In this document: piece after piece, positions 12,180 to 24,846 of the stretch
Position numbering within the stretch: position 1 is the stretch's first letter
How the letters are laid out: every line of letters begins with the position of its first letter
NCBI GenBank assembly: GCA_038087875.1
Contig: CM075997.1
Location: 7,132,001 to 7,196,000 of the forward strand
DNA length: 64,000 bases
Direction: 5' to 3'
From: Malacoraja senta
Lineage: Eukaryota
Program-made: the position numbers and the translations under genes
Notes under the pieces: generated by a model
Seen by the model: the letters and a program-made list of their open reading frames with translations, nothing else
Told to the model about the DNA's origin: nothing
Databases searched by the model: none

Positions 12180-13441
12180 TTGGTGCCAGCACAATAACCT
12201 GGCCCTTAACACCAGCAAAACCAAGGAACTGATTGTGGACTTTGGAAGGAGTGAATGGGGACCCACAGTCCCGTTTATATCAACGGGTCGATGGTTGAAA
12301 GGGTCAAGAGCTTCAAATTCCTGGGCGTGCACATCTCTGAAGATCTTTCCTGGTCCGAGAACACTGATGCCATTATTAAGAAAGCACATCAGCGCCTCTA
12401 CTTCCTGAGAAGATTACGGAGAGTCGGTTTGTCAAGGAGGACTCTCTCTAACTTCTACAGGTGCACAGTAGAGAGCATGCTGACCGGTTGCATCGTGGCT
12501 TGTTTCGGCAACTTGAGCGCCCTGGAGAGGAAAAGACTACAAAAAGTAGTAAACACTGCCCAGTCCATCATCGGCTCTGACCTCCCTTTCATCGAGGGGA
12601 TCTATCACAGTCGCTGCCTCAAAAAGGCTGGCAGCATCATCAAGGACCCACACCATCCTGGCCACACACTCATCTCCCTACTACCTTCAGGTAGAAGGTA
12701 CAGGAGCCTGAAGACTGCAACGTCCAGGTTCAGGAATAGCTACTTCCCCACAGCCATCAGGCTATTAAACCTGGCTCGGACAAAACACTGAACTTTATTA
12801 GCCAATACTGTTATTTGCACTTGATCAGTATATTGATTCATGTGTGTATATATCTATAGAATGCCTTGTAGTCAATGCCTACTATGTTCGGTGAGAGCAA
12901 GCGGAGGCTTGGCGATCGTTTCGCCGAACACCTCCGGTCGGTCCGCAATAACCAACTTGACCTCCCGGTGGCTCAGCACTTCAACTCCCCCTCCCATTCC
13001 GTATCTGACCTCTCTGTCCTGGGTCTCCTCCATGGCCACAGCGAGCAACACAGTAAATTGGAGGAAATGCACCTCATATTCCGCTTGGGCAGTCTACATC
13101 CTGGGGGCTTGAACATTGAATTCTCCCAATTCTGCTAGCCCTTCCTGTCCCCTCCCCTTCATCAGCCCTCTGGTTGTCTCCTCCCCTCCCCCAGCCCTCA
13201 GGCTCCTCCTCCGCCTTTTTCCTTTTTTCCTTTCTTCTCCCCACCCCCTATCAGTCTGAAGAAGGGTTTCGGCCCGAAACGTTGCCTATTTCCTTCGCTC
13301 CATAGATGCTGCTGCACCCGCTGAGTTTCTCCAGCATTTTTGTGTACCTACTATGTTCTGTTGTGTTGAAGCAAAGCAAGAATTTCATTGTCCTATCAGG
13401 GACACATGACAATAAACTCATTTGACACTTGACTTGACTTG
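12180..13441 (+). mobile_element. Rex1/Babar LINE 3' fragment with 9-bp TSD, containing a Penelope insertion
   Basis: ORF 12255-12791 (FKFLGVHIS..QRLYFLRRL..LPSGRRYRS) and (CTTGA)n tail. TSD AAATGTCCA at 12171-12179 and 13442-13450. Confidence 0.88.
12858..13350 (+). mobile_element. Penelope-like element, GIY-YIG fragment plus terminal repeat
   Basis: GESKRRLGDRFAEHLRSV..PVAQHFN..IFRLGSLHPGGLNIEF*, then a hammerhead-like motif at 13256-13284. Confidence 0.87.
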
Positions 13442-13564
13442 AAATGTCCACGAGTAAAAAAGGTTGTGAATTAGGTCGTGAAAGTGGGACAGGCCCTTGA
13501 CACTATCCTAAACACACTAGAGACAATTCCTAAATCCCCAACTCCTAAAACATTCCTCTCGTTT

Positions 13565-13846
13565 TAGTTTAGTTTAGTTTAGAGATACAGCACGGAAACA
13601 GGCCCTTCGGCCCACCGAGTCTGCACCGACCAGCGATCCAAGACACTTTTACATTTATACCAAGCCACTTAACCTACAAACCCGTATGTCTTTGGAGAGT
13701 AGGAGGAAACCGAAGATCTCGGAGAAAACCCACGCAGGTCACAGGGAGAACGTACAAACTCCGTACAGGGAGCACCCGTAGTCCGGATCGAACCCGGGTC
13801 TCTGGCGCTGTGAGGTAACAACTCTACCGCTGCGCCACCGTGCCGC
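13565..13846 (-). mobile_element. tRNA-derived V-SINE (HE1-like)
   Basis: Reverse complement of the SINE head, core and tail. Confidence 0.85.
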
Positions 13847-14969
13847 ACAGTGCGAGATACTTTATTGTCACTTTGTCACGTGTATCTCTAAACTAAACCA
13901 AACTAAAATAAACTGGATTTTTATAAAAGTCTATAAACGGACTGTGGGAAATAGATGCTCAATAAAAATTACATGTGTAGGATATTTCTAGTATAATAAT
14001 AAATGACCTTATTCAGGTTTTCAGAAAGTATTTGAATTTATATTTAGACTAATATTTTTGTGTGGTTAAGCTGAAGATTAATGTCTGCAGACAGGAGATC
14101 TGTCGCCTATTTACAGGAGCAGCTGACAGGAAGGTTCTTATTCCTTCTTCAATTCCCCCCAGCAATGTTCGTTTTCATTTTAGTTAAGATTGGTTTATGA
14201 TACAGCGCAGAAACAGGCCCTTCGGCCCACCGAGTCCACGCCGACCAGCGATCCCCACACGCTAGGGACAATTTAAAATTATTCCAGGCCAATTAGCCTG
14301 CAAACCTGTACGTCTTTGGAATTCTCTGCCACAGAAGGTAGTTGAGGCCAGTTCACTGGCTATATTTAAGAGGGAGTTAGATGTGGCCCTTGTGGCTAAA
14401 GGGATCAGGGGGTATGGAGAGAAGGCAGGTACAGGATACTGAGTTGGATGATCAGCCATGATCATATCGAATGGCGGTGCAGGCTCGAAGGGCCGAATGG
14501 CCTACTCCTGCACCTATTTTCTATGTTTCTATGTCTTTGGAGTGTGGGAGGAATCCGGAGCACCCGGAGGAAACCCACGCGTGTCATGGGGCGCAGGTAC
14601 AAACTCCGTACGGACAGCGCGCGTAGCCAGGATCGAACCTGGGTCTCTGGCGCCGTGAGGCAGCAACTGTACTTCTGCGCCACCGTGCCGCCCCAAGACT
14701 CATCCCGACCAGTTCAGCTCCTGACACCAGGGTGGAGATGGTGCCGTTAGCAGATACGTTGATCTGCACCTGCAGAAGACCACTGTAGCTGGAAACTCTG
14801 GGTCCAGATAAATGATGCAACTGGAATAATAAGTCAACCAGGTAATAGTAAACCTGTATGGTCTTACAGGCAGCACAGGGATGCTGCCTCATAGCCCCAG
14901 GGACACCGGTTCGATCCTGACCTTGGGTGCTTTTTGTGTGGAGTTTGCCTATGGGTTTCCCATGGGTGT

Positions 14970-15480
14970 AACATAGAAACATAGACAATAGGTGCAGGAG
15001 TAGGCCATTCGGCTATTCTAACCAGCACCGCCATCCAATATGATCACGGCTGGTATGATCAGTACCCCGTTCCTGCTTTCTCTCCATATCCCTTGATTCC
15101 GTTAGCCCTAAAAGCTAAATCTAACTCTCTCTTGAAAACATCCAGTGAATTGGCCTCCACTGCCTTATGTGGCAGAGAATTCCACAGATTCACAACTCTC
15201 TGGGTGAAAAAGAATGGCCTCATCTCAGTCCTAAATGGCCGACCCCTTGTTCTTAAACTGTGACCCCTGGTTCAGGACTCCCCCCAACATTGGGAACATT
15301 TTTCCTGGATCTAGCCTGTCCAATCCTTTAAGAATTTTATATGTTTCTGTAAGATCCCTTCTCATTCTAAAAAATTCCTTAAATATAAGCCCAGTCGATC
15401 CATTCTTTCATCGTATGTCAGTCCCGCCATCCTGGGAATTAGCCTGGTGAACCTGCGCTGCACTCCCTCAATAGCAAGAA
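14970..15480 (-). mobile_element. CR1 LINE 3' fragment
   Basis: Colinear with the 3' part of 32580-33690. Confidence 0.85.
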
Positions 15481-15651
15481 CGGTGCTCCGGTATCCTCCC
15501 ACATCTTGAAGACTCAGGGGTTTGAGGGTTGATTAACCTCTGCAGATTGCCCCTAGTGTGCAGGGAGTGGATGCAAAAGTGGGATGACATAGTGTGAATG
15601 AGTTATCGATGGTCGGCATGCTTGGCAGGCCAGTTTCCATGTTGTCGTCTC

Positions 15652-15890
15652 TCATTCATTCATTCATTCATTCATTCATTCGACCACTCGACCACTCGAC
15701 CAATCAACCAACCAAGAACCAACCAACCAATATATTGATCGATTGATTCAATCAATCAATCCATCAATCAATCAATTTATTGATTTATTTACCACTCAAG
15801 TAACCATTTATTTATTTATTTATTTACCACCCAATTGATCAATTAATTAATTAATTAATTGATTGATTGATTGATTAATTAATTCATTGT
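15652..15890. repeat. Compound tetranucleotide microsatellite (ATTC / AACC / ATCA / ATTT / ATTA / ATTG)
   Basis: Direct reading of the tandem units. Confidence 0.85.
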
Positions 15891-16776
15891 TTTGGTTTGT
15901 TGGTAAATTAATCAATGAATCAATGAAGCTAAACAAAGTACTGCCGATGCTGGTTTATACCAAAGATAGACACAAAGTGCTGGAGTAACTCAGCGGGTCA
16001 GGCAGCATCTCTGGAGAAAAAGGATGGGTGATGTCTTGGGTCAGGGCCCTTCTTCAGTCTTGACCTGAAACATCGCCCATTCCTTCTCTCCAGAGACGCT
16101 GTCTGACCCAGAGTTGCTCCAGCGTTTTGTGTCTATCTCCGGTTGGAACCAGCATCTTTGCAGTTGCTTCCCACACAATAGGAGGGGGAGGACAGTAAAC
16201 AAGGTGATGGGGACACTGCAAGCAGATGGGACGTTGAGAAATAATGTCTTCAACAATGCTGATGACGCACAAGGAGCTATTCTGCCTCAGCTGCGGAAGC
16301 CTGGAGATCATTGGAACTGTGATGGGAAACATAAACAGTTGTGGTTCTTGCCACGGTTGTTCTTGCGCTAAGTGTGAAACGTTTAAATCTCACCACGTTT
16401 CAGAATATTGGAGGATTATTTGTTAACGGTGTGAGAGATTGTTATTTCCTATGTTAATTGATGTCAGCAGAAGCTAAAATCCACTTAGTTTACCTCTTTA
16501 TAAACTTTACTTTGATAAAGCCTGGGCCTATCAAATCTCAGAGGAATTTCAAAGTGAGGGCTCTGTTGTCGTCCAGTAAAACACTTGCAGCTAGATTGTG
16601 CACAGCATGCACCTGTGAACAGTGGTGCTTGCATGCTTTTATATGCAAGTTAAGACTCAAATATTAAAAAAAAATTCGGACCTGAAACATAGGAGCTGGT
16701 GCCCAAAACCTGGCAACTCTCCTCTCCTCTCCTCTCCTCATTCAATGTGGTCTACTGTCTTACGCTCTTATACTTA

Positions 16777-17011
16777 AGGGTCTGTCCCACTTTCACGACC
16801 TAATTCACCACCTGTGCCGAGTTTGCCCTTGACTCATACTCGCAGCATGGTCGTCACGAGGTCGTAGGAGGTCGTAGGAAGGTCGTAGCAGGCCATGATG
16901 CTAGTCGTAGGTACTCGTGGCATCAAGTAGGTCGGGCGTTTTTCTAGCCTGATGGAAAATGTCCACGAGTAAAAAAGGTTGTGAGTTAGGTCGTGAAAGT
17001 GGGACAGGCCC
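16777..17011. mobile_element. Harbinger-like MITE family B
   Basis: Termini AGGGTCTGTCCCACTTTCACGACCTAA ... TTAGGTCGTGAAAGTGGGACAGGCCC. Confidence 0.85.
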
Positions 17012-17073
17012 AAAGTTTAGTGTGATTGTGTCTAATGTATAGTAGGAACTGAACTGAACTGCACGCAAAATGG

Positions 17074-17455
17074 TGGCACAGTGACGCAGCGGTAGAGTTG
17101 CTGCCTCACAGCGCCAGAGACCCGGGTTCCATCCTGACCTCAGCAGCTGCCTGTACGAAGTTTGTACGTTCTCCCCGTGACCCTGTGGGTTTCCCCCGGG
17201 TGCTCCAGTTTCCACCCATGCTCCAAAGATGTACAGTTTGGTAGGTTAATTTGGCTTTGGTAAAAAACAATTGTAAATTGTCCCTAGTGCGTGTGGGATA
17301 GTGTGCGGGGATCGCTGGTCGGCGCGGACTCGGAGGGCCGAGGGGGCGGAATTGTCCCTAGTGCGTGTGGGATAGTGTGCGGGGATCGCTGGTCGGCGGC
17401 GCGGACTCGGAGGGCCGAGGGGCCTGTTTCCGCGCTGTATCTCTAAACTAAACTA
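17074..17455 (+). mobile_element. V-SINE with an internal ~70-bp tandem duplication
   Basis: AATTGTCCCTAGTGCGTGTGGGATAG..GGAGGGCCGAGGGG occurs twice, at about 17276 and 17350. Confidence 0.82.
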
Positions 17456-17950
17456 GAAAATTAATTCCACTGTTTGGGTACACTTGGTAATAAAGTGCTA
17501 TTGAAGCCTTCTTTCTAATTCGGAGCTTTGAGAGAGCCGTTATGGGTTACAGTAGGCATGCAGGAGTAAATGACTATGGGAGTAAAGCATTCCTAGTTTT
17601 AATTATAGATTGGAGAGGTAATTTTCCTTCATTTAAAATTATAGCCACAGGAAAAGATTGCACCTACGTTATAAATTGCAGATGGTGTTTCACCGTCTTA
17701 ATATTGTGACCACTATTTTATCTGCAGTGATTGATTACACCCTGTAACATTGAGTGGAGAGAATTCTTCACTGCCATGCAGTTAGTGGGCTGTTACCACC
17801 GCCTGTTTGTTAATGTGTAACACTGACAGCCCTCTGAGATTTGAATGGTGTCTTTGCCTTGTTTCGAGGACTCTGCTCGCTATCTACGGATAGCTGTGGA
17901 TACGTCTGAACAAATATCATGTCTAGAATATTCATCGCAACGCAAAGTAA

Positions 17951-18281
17951 AGGGCCTGTCCCACTGTACGAGTTAATTCGAGAGCTCTCCCGTGTTCAGA
18001 ATAAAAAATCAAACTCGTGGTAAGCACCTAGAATGAACGTAGCGGGTACGTCGGAGCTCGGGGACGTCTCTTAGCGGCTCGTAACGCTAACGGCAGGTAC
18101 TCGGGAAGACTCGCTAACGGCAGGTAAGCACGGGAAGACTCGTGAAGATTTTTCAACATGTTGAAATATGTCCACGAGAGCCCCGAGTACCGACGAGTGG
18201 CCATTACCGTAAATCTCCGAGTTCGAATCAGGGAAAACTCGGGAGAACTCTTGAATTATGTCGTACAGTGGGACAGGCCCT
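17951..18281. mobile_element. Harbinger-like MITE family A with TAA TSD
   Basis: TAA|AGGGCCTGTCCCACTGTACGA ... TCGTACAGTGGGACAGGCCCT|TAA. Confidence 0.9.
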
Positions 18282-19194
18282 TAATGGGAGGTGCTAGGGG
18301 TTTCTAAAGTTTAGTCTAAATGGAGGGTCTCGATCGAAACGTCGTCCATTCCTTCTATCCGGAGATGCTGCCTGTCCCGCTGAAGCATTTTGTGTCGATC
18401 TTCGGTGTAAACCGGCATCTGCAGTTCCTTCATACAAGTATAGTTTAGTTTAGTTTGGCTTAGAAATAGAGTGCAGAAACAGGCCCTTCAGCCCACTGAG
18501 TCCGCACCGACCGGCGACCCCTGCACTCTAACACGATTCTACACACACGCGGGACAATTTACCGAAGCCAATTAACGTACAAATCTGTACGTCTTTGGAG
18601 TGTGGGAGGAAACCGAAGATCTCGGAGAAAACCACGCGGTCGCGGGGAGAACGGACAAACTCCGTACAGACAGCGCCCGTAGTCGGGATCGAACCCGGGG
18701 TCTCTGGCGCTGTGAGGCAACAACTCTACCGCTGCGCCACCGTGGCGCCCTAATCTCAAGTAAAAAATTTAGGATATTGGGGATAATGGGGATATTTATC
18801 AGGTCAGGCAGCATCCATGGAGAGAGAGACAGTTAATGTTGTACAGTAGGTTGAAGTCTTTCCATAGGAGGAGGATTTTCATTCCCCTTTCGCTGCACCC
18901 CTCAACGTATTTTGTCTCACAGATGCCCATTAACTGCATTTTGATTCTATTTACCACCTGCCTACATTGAGGACAATTTGCAACAGCTGATCGACCTAAC
19001 CACTATGTGTAGGAAGGAACTGCAGATGCTGGTTTACACTGAAGATAGACACAAAATGCTTGGGTAACTCAGCGGGTCAGGCAGCATCTCTGGAGAGAAG
19101 GAATGGGTGACGTTTTGGGCCGAGATAGACACAAAGTGCTGGAGTAAATCAAGAGGGTCAGGCAGCATCTCTGGAGAAAAAGGATGGGCACTCT

Positions 19195-19760
19195 ATCTGG
19201 GGAAGGATGTGCTGGCTCTGGAGAGGGTCAACGAGAATGATCCCAGGAATGAGTGGGTTAACCTACGATGAGCGTTTGTGGGCACTGGGCCTGTACTCGC
19301 TGGTGTTTAGAAGAATGAGGGGGGACCTCATTGAAATGTACAGAATAGTGAAAGGCTTGGATAGAGTGGATGTGGAGAGGATGTTTCCACTAGTGGGAGA
19401 GTCTAGGACTCAAGGTCATAGCCTCAGATATTAGGGATGTTCTTTTAGGAAGGAGATGAGGAGAAATTTCTTTAGTCAGAGGGTGGTGAATCTGTGGAAT
19501 TCTTCGCCACAGAAAGCTGTGGAGGCTAAGTCAGTGGATATTGTGGAGGCAATTTGCCATAGTAGGCTGTGGAAGCCAAGTTAGTGGATATTTTGAAGGC
19601 AGAGATAGATAGATTTTTGATTACTGGTAGTACGGGCGTCAGAGGTTATGGGGAGAAGGCAGGAGAATGGGGTTAGGAGGGAGAGATAGATCAGTCATGA
19701 TTGAATGGCGGAGTAGACATGATGGGCCGAATGGCCTAATTCTGCTTCTATCCCTTATGA
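19195..19760 (+). mobile_element. CR1 LINE 3' fragment
   Basis: TRMIPGMSGLTYDERL..RGDLIEMYRIVKG..RTQGHSL. Confidence 0.85.
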
Positions 19761-20020
19761 CACCGCCAGAGCAATTGCGCTCATGCACGGAGCCCTCTGG
19801 ATGTGTCGCACTTGAAGACAATTTCTGTGCGTGCAGTAATCAGGCTGCAAGGCTTCATCAGTCTACATGCTGTGAGCTGTCACCAGTGGGTCTGGTCCCC
19901 ACTTGCCTGACACTTGTCCTCTGTACCTAATCTGTAGCAGGAGGAATGTAATCACAGTATTACTGCACTCCCACTGCTTGCTTACATATGATGTTGGAAG
20001 CAAATTGGAAGGGAAGGTCA

Positions 20021-20336
20021 AGGGGCTGTCCCACTGTACGAGTTCATCCAAGAGCTCTGCCGAGTTTTAAAAAAATCAAGCTCGTGGTAAGCACGTAGAA
20101 TGTACGTAGCGGGTACGTCGGAGCTCAGGACGTCTCTTAGCGGCTCGTAACGCTAACGGCAGGTACTCGGGAAACGCGGTAAGCTCGGGAAGACTCGTGA
20201 AGATTTTTCAACATGTTGAAAAATGTCCACGAGAGCCCTGAGTACCTAGGAGCGGCTATTACCGTAATTCTCCGAGTTCGAATTAGGGGAAACTCGGGAG
20301 AACTCTTGAATTAGCTCGTACAGTGGGACAGCCCCT
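20021..20336. mobile_element. Harbinger-like MITE family A
   Basis: AGGGGCTGTCCCACTGTACGAG ... CTCGTACAGTGGGACAGCCCCT with flanks TCA/TTA. Confidence 0.87.
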
Positions 20337-21321
20337 TTAGAGCGCTTCCAGCGCCGGAGACCCGGGTTCGATCCCGACCACGGCTGCTGTCTGCACGGAG
20401 TTTGTCCGTTCTCCCCGTGACCCGCGTGGGTTTCCTCCGAGATGAATGAATGAATAAGTTTATTGGCCAAGTAATCACATACAAGGAATTTGCCTTGGTG
20501 CTCCACCCGCAAGTGACCACATGACATACAGTGACAGTTAGGAATGACACATAAAACATTAATAATAAAACATTATCGATTAATCATAAATCTTCGGTTT
20601 CCTGCCACACTCCAAAGACATACAGGTTTGTAGGTAAATTGGCTAGGTATATGTAAAAATTGTCCCTAGTGTGTGTAGGATAGTGTTAATGTGCGGGGAT
20701 CGCTGTTTGGTGCGGACCCGGTGGGCCGAAGGGCCTGTTTCCACGCTGTATCTCTAAACTAAACTAAACAAGGCCCCACTTTGTGATTCCAACAGAGAAT
20801 CAGTGCAACAAAAGATGTATTAGCTGTTGTCAAGGATTGTGAGAGAATCCAGAACTTTTTAAAAGTCTACACCTGTGCAATGTTTGATACATTGTTCGAA
20901 TGGGTCTCGACCCGAAACGTCACCTATTCCTTCGCTCCATAGTTGCTGTCTCACCCGCTGAGTTTCTCCAGCATTTTTATCCACCAACAAATCTTTAGCA
21001 AGTGATTCCTCATTGTAATTACTAACAGAAAGCCTTTTATGTACTGGTAAATAATTAATCTCCAATCCACTGCCGCAGTCATTATCTAATTACACTTAGC
21101 TATGGGGAATCTTTCCCCTCTGCAGACATGTATTGGAAATCCATGTCAGCAACCAGATCTCACCGGGTGCTTCTGCCGACTGTGACTACCCAGTGAAAGT
21201 ACATGGATGAATGAATAAGTTTATTGGCTAAGTATTCACAAACAAGGAATTTGCCTTGGTGCTCCGCCCACAAGTGACAACGTGGCATACAGTGACAGTT
21301 AGTTGGGATCTGATAAATATG

Positions 21322-21688
21322 GACAATAGACAATAGACAATAGGTGCAGGAGTAGGCCATTCGGCCCTTCGAGCCAGCACCGCCATTCAATGTGATCATG
21401 GCTGATCATCCCCAATCAGTACCCCGTTCCTGCCTTCTCCCCATATCCCCTGACTCTGCTATCTTTAAGAGCCCTATCTAGCTCTCTTTTGAAAGTATCC
21501 AGAGAACCGGCCTCCACCGCTCTCTGAGGCAGAGAATTCCACAGACTCACCACTCTCTGTGAGAAAAAGTGTTTCCTCGTCTCCGTTCTAAATGGCTTAC
21601 TCCTTATTCTTAAACTGTGGCCCCTGGTTCTGGACTCCCCCAACATCGGGAACATGTTTCCTGCCTCTAGCGTGTCCAAACCCTTAAC
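21322..21688 (-). mobile_element. CR1 LINE 3' fragment
   Basis: ORF 21416-21679 plus the CR1 3' UTR and tail. Confidence 0.88.
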
Positions 21689-22413
21689 ATGGATGGAAAA
21701 TTATAACTATATTTCGCACTAGTCAGTAGCTGTTATCGGGCAAACGAACCATCCAACCACAACTAGAGAGCAGCCCTGACCACCCAGTGAAAGTACATGG
21801 ATGGAAACTGATACAGTAAAGATATTTCACACTTTAGCGAAATTCACTTCACTTCCTCAGTCACGAGTGAAGGGCAGCACGGTGGCGCAGCGGTAGATTT
21901 GCTGCCTCACAGCGCCAGAGACCCGGGTTCGATCCCAACAACGGGTGCTGTCTGTACGGAGTTTGCACGTTCTCCCCGTGACCTGCGTTGGTTTTCTCCC
22001 GGAACTTCGGTTTCCTCCCACACTCCAAAGACGTGCATGTTTGTAGGGTCCTGAGCAGTCCTGAGCTACTATCTACCTCATTGGAGACCCTTGGACTATC
22101 TTTGATCAGACTTTACTGGATTTATCTTGTACTGAATATTAATCACTTTATTCCCTTTGTCATGTATCTATACATTGTGAATGGCTCGATTGTAATCATG
22201 TGTTGTCTTTCCGCTGACTGGTTAGCACGCAACAAAAACGTTTCACTGTACCTTCTCTCTCTTCCATATTGTGTTTTTGATTTTTGTTTTTGGATTGAAT
22301 TCTCTCTTTAATTTGTGAACTCGTGATGTCTTTACTATTTATTTCATTCCGCTTACATGTTTCTACTATTTGTTAAACTTTGTAAGGTGTCCTTGAGATC
22401 TTTGAAAGGCGCC

Positions 22414-22639
22414 TGTCAAGTTATTCTTATAATGAGGCTCGTTCAATGACGTAATCGGAGTCTGTCTTTATTTAGCAACTCGGTACAGCAGCAGCCTCGT
22501 GTGCATGCCCGGGCCCGGCCCCTACGGCCATCCGGTCACCCCCACAGCCGTCACTGCAGCCTGACCACTGGCAGCAGCGCCACCCTCTGGTTACTACAAA
22601 ATAAAGGCATTCCTTACACTATTATTCCATAATACCACA
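22414..22639 (-). mobile_element. Solo LTR (226 bp) with 5-bp TSD
   Basis: TG...CA termini and GCGCC duplicated at 22409-22413 and 22640-22644. AATAAA on the minus strand near 22465. Confidence 0.78.
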
Positions 22640-23133
22640 GCGCCCATAAATAAAATGTATTATTATTATTATTATTACCTAGGTACACGTGACAATAAAC
22701 TAAACTGAACTAAACTTGAGCAGTCCTGAGCCACTAGCTACCTCATTGGGGACCATTAGACTATCTTTAATCGGACTTTACTGACTTTATTTTGTACAGA
22801 ACGTTATTCCCTTTATCCTGTATCTGTACACTGTGGACGGCTCGATTGTAATCATGTATTGTCTTTCCGCTGACTGGTTAGCACGCAACAAAAGCTTTTC
22901 ACTGAACTCACCTCACTTTGTCTCTCTTTACTGCATCCATAAGCAAACACCTCCCACTTGGTAACAAGGTACAGACGCAATGTCAGAAAAATAAGATTTC
23001 AAAAGAAACTGATAAATCAAATCATGTTATATTGTAAACAACTTAAGCAAATAAATAAAAGTCACACTGCTGGGGGACGCTCAAGGAACCGCAGATGCTG
23101 GAATCTTGCATAAAATACAAAGTGCTGGAGTAT

Positions 23134-23456
23134 AGGCCCACTTTCCCGAGTTACTCACGAACTCTCCTGAGTTTTCCCCTTGATTCGAGCATGGATAATT
23201 ACGGTAATAGCCAGCCGTAGGTACTCGGGGCTATTTTTTTAACTTGTGGACATTTTTCAACATGCAGAAAAAACATCCCAACTTACCTGATGCCCCGAGT
23301 ACCTACGGCTGGCATTACGAGCTGCTATGAAATATCTACGGACTCCTACGGCCTCCTACGGACTTGCTACGGAAATTCCTCGACATTCCCCGAGTTCGAA
23401 TCAAGGGGAAAACTCGGGAGAGTTCGCGAGTAACTCGGGAAAGTGGGACAGGGCCT
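23134..23456. mobile_element. Harbinger-like MITE family D
   Basis: CCCACTTTCCCGAGTTACTC ... GAGTAACTCGGGAAAGTGGGACAGGGCCT|TAA. The left tip is eroded. Confidence 0.8.
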
Positions 23457-23718
23457 TAACTCAGCGGGTCAGGCAGCATGTCTGGAGAACATGGATAAGT
23501 GACGTTCGGCTCCATAATTCAGTTAATTCAGTTAACGAAAGCTTTTCACTGTACCTCAGTACACGTGACAATAAACTGTAAGACTATAAGACATAGCTGC
23601 AGAATTAGGCCATTTGGCCCATCCAGTCTACTCCATCATTTAATCATGGCTGATCTATCTTTCCCGCTCAACCCCATTCTCCTGCCTTTTCCCAGTAACC
23701 TTTGACACCATCACTAAT

Positions 23719-24056
23719 GGTTTGGACACGCTAGAGGCAGGAAACATGTTCCCGATGTTGGGGGAGTCCAGAACCAGGGGCCACAGTTTAAGAATAAGGA
23801 GTAAGCCATTTAGAACGGAGACGAGGAAACACTTTTTCTCACAGAGAGTGGTGAGTCTGTGGAATTCTCTGCCTCAGAGGGCGGTGGAGGCCGGTTCTCT
23901 GGATGCTTTCAAGAGAGAGCTAGATAGGGCTCTTAAAGATAGCGGAGTCAGGGGATATGGGGAGAAGGCAGGAACGGGGGATACTGATTGGGGATGATCA
24001 GCCATGATCACATTGAATGGCGGTGCGGGCTCGAAGGGCCGAATGGCCTACTCCTT
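23719..24056 (+). mobile_element. CR1 LINE 3' fragment
   Basis: ORF 23722-23997, nearly identical to the inverted copy at 21416-21679. Confidence 0.88.
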
Positions 24057-24161
24057 TCGGCCCTTCGAGCCATTCAATGTGATCATGACTGATTGTCACA
24101 GTGAACAATATATTAGATGAAAACTGAATAAATATTTGCAATAGAGTGGGATAAGAGATAG

Positions 24162-24246
<85 letters not shown>

Positions 24247-24278
24247 GAGAGAGAGAGAGTGAGAGAGAGAGTGAGAGA

Positions 24279-24806
24279 GTGCACCTGTATTTTCTGCGGC
24301 GAGGAAGAGACCGTGTTCCACGTGTATATGGAGTGTGAGTACTTACTGCCCCTGTACCAATATCTGAAGGGGTTGTTCCTCAAGTTCTGGCTGCATTTTA
24401 GTCCCATGGTTCTAGTGTTTGGACACAAGGCAGGGAGTGAGGAGAGACGATCGGGGGGGGGGGGGAGGGGGTGGGACTTCCCTATCGGTTTGCTCCTGGG
24501 CCTGGCCAAGATGGCCGTTCGCGGGACCAGGCAGCGGGCGGTCGATGGTCACACCAGAATCGGCTGCCCGCCCCTCTTCCGGGCCTACGTCCATGCGCGC
24601 GTGTCCCTGTGGAGGGAACATGCGGTGTCCATGGGGACTCTGGAGGCCTTCCGTCAACGCTGGTCACCGCGTGGGGTCGAGAGCATTGTAAATAATGACT
24701 GGACCATTGTACTATAATGACTGCTTGATGTATTGTAACCTTTGAATGTACTTTTGGTACGCTGCGTTATGCATTTTGCTGAATAAAGTCCTTGGAAAGG
24801 AAAATA

Positions 24807-24810
<4 letters not shown>
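24279..24810 (+). mobile_element. L1/Tx1-clade LINE 3' fragment inserted in a (GA)n tract
   Basis: C-terminal CCHC knuckle CIFCGEEETVFHVYMEC..LLLGLAKMA..AFRQRW, then AATAAA near 24782. (GA)n runs at 24181-24278 and 24811-24876. Confidence 0.82.

Positions 24811-24846
<36 letters not shown>

Larger units (their letters stand above)
11989..13497. mobile_element. Harbinger-like MITE family B, split by a Rex1 LINE
   Basis: AGGGCCTGTCCCACTTTCACGACCTAATT ... AATTAGGTCGTGAAAGTGGGACAGGCCCT with flanks TAA/TGA, inserted in a SINE. Confidence 0.85.
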
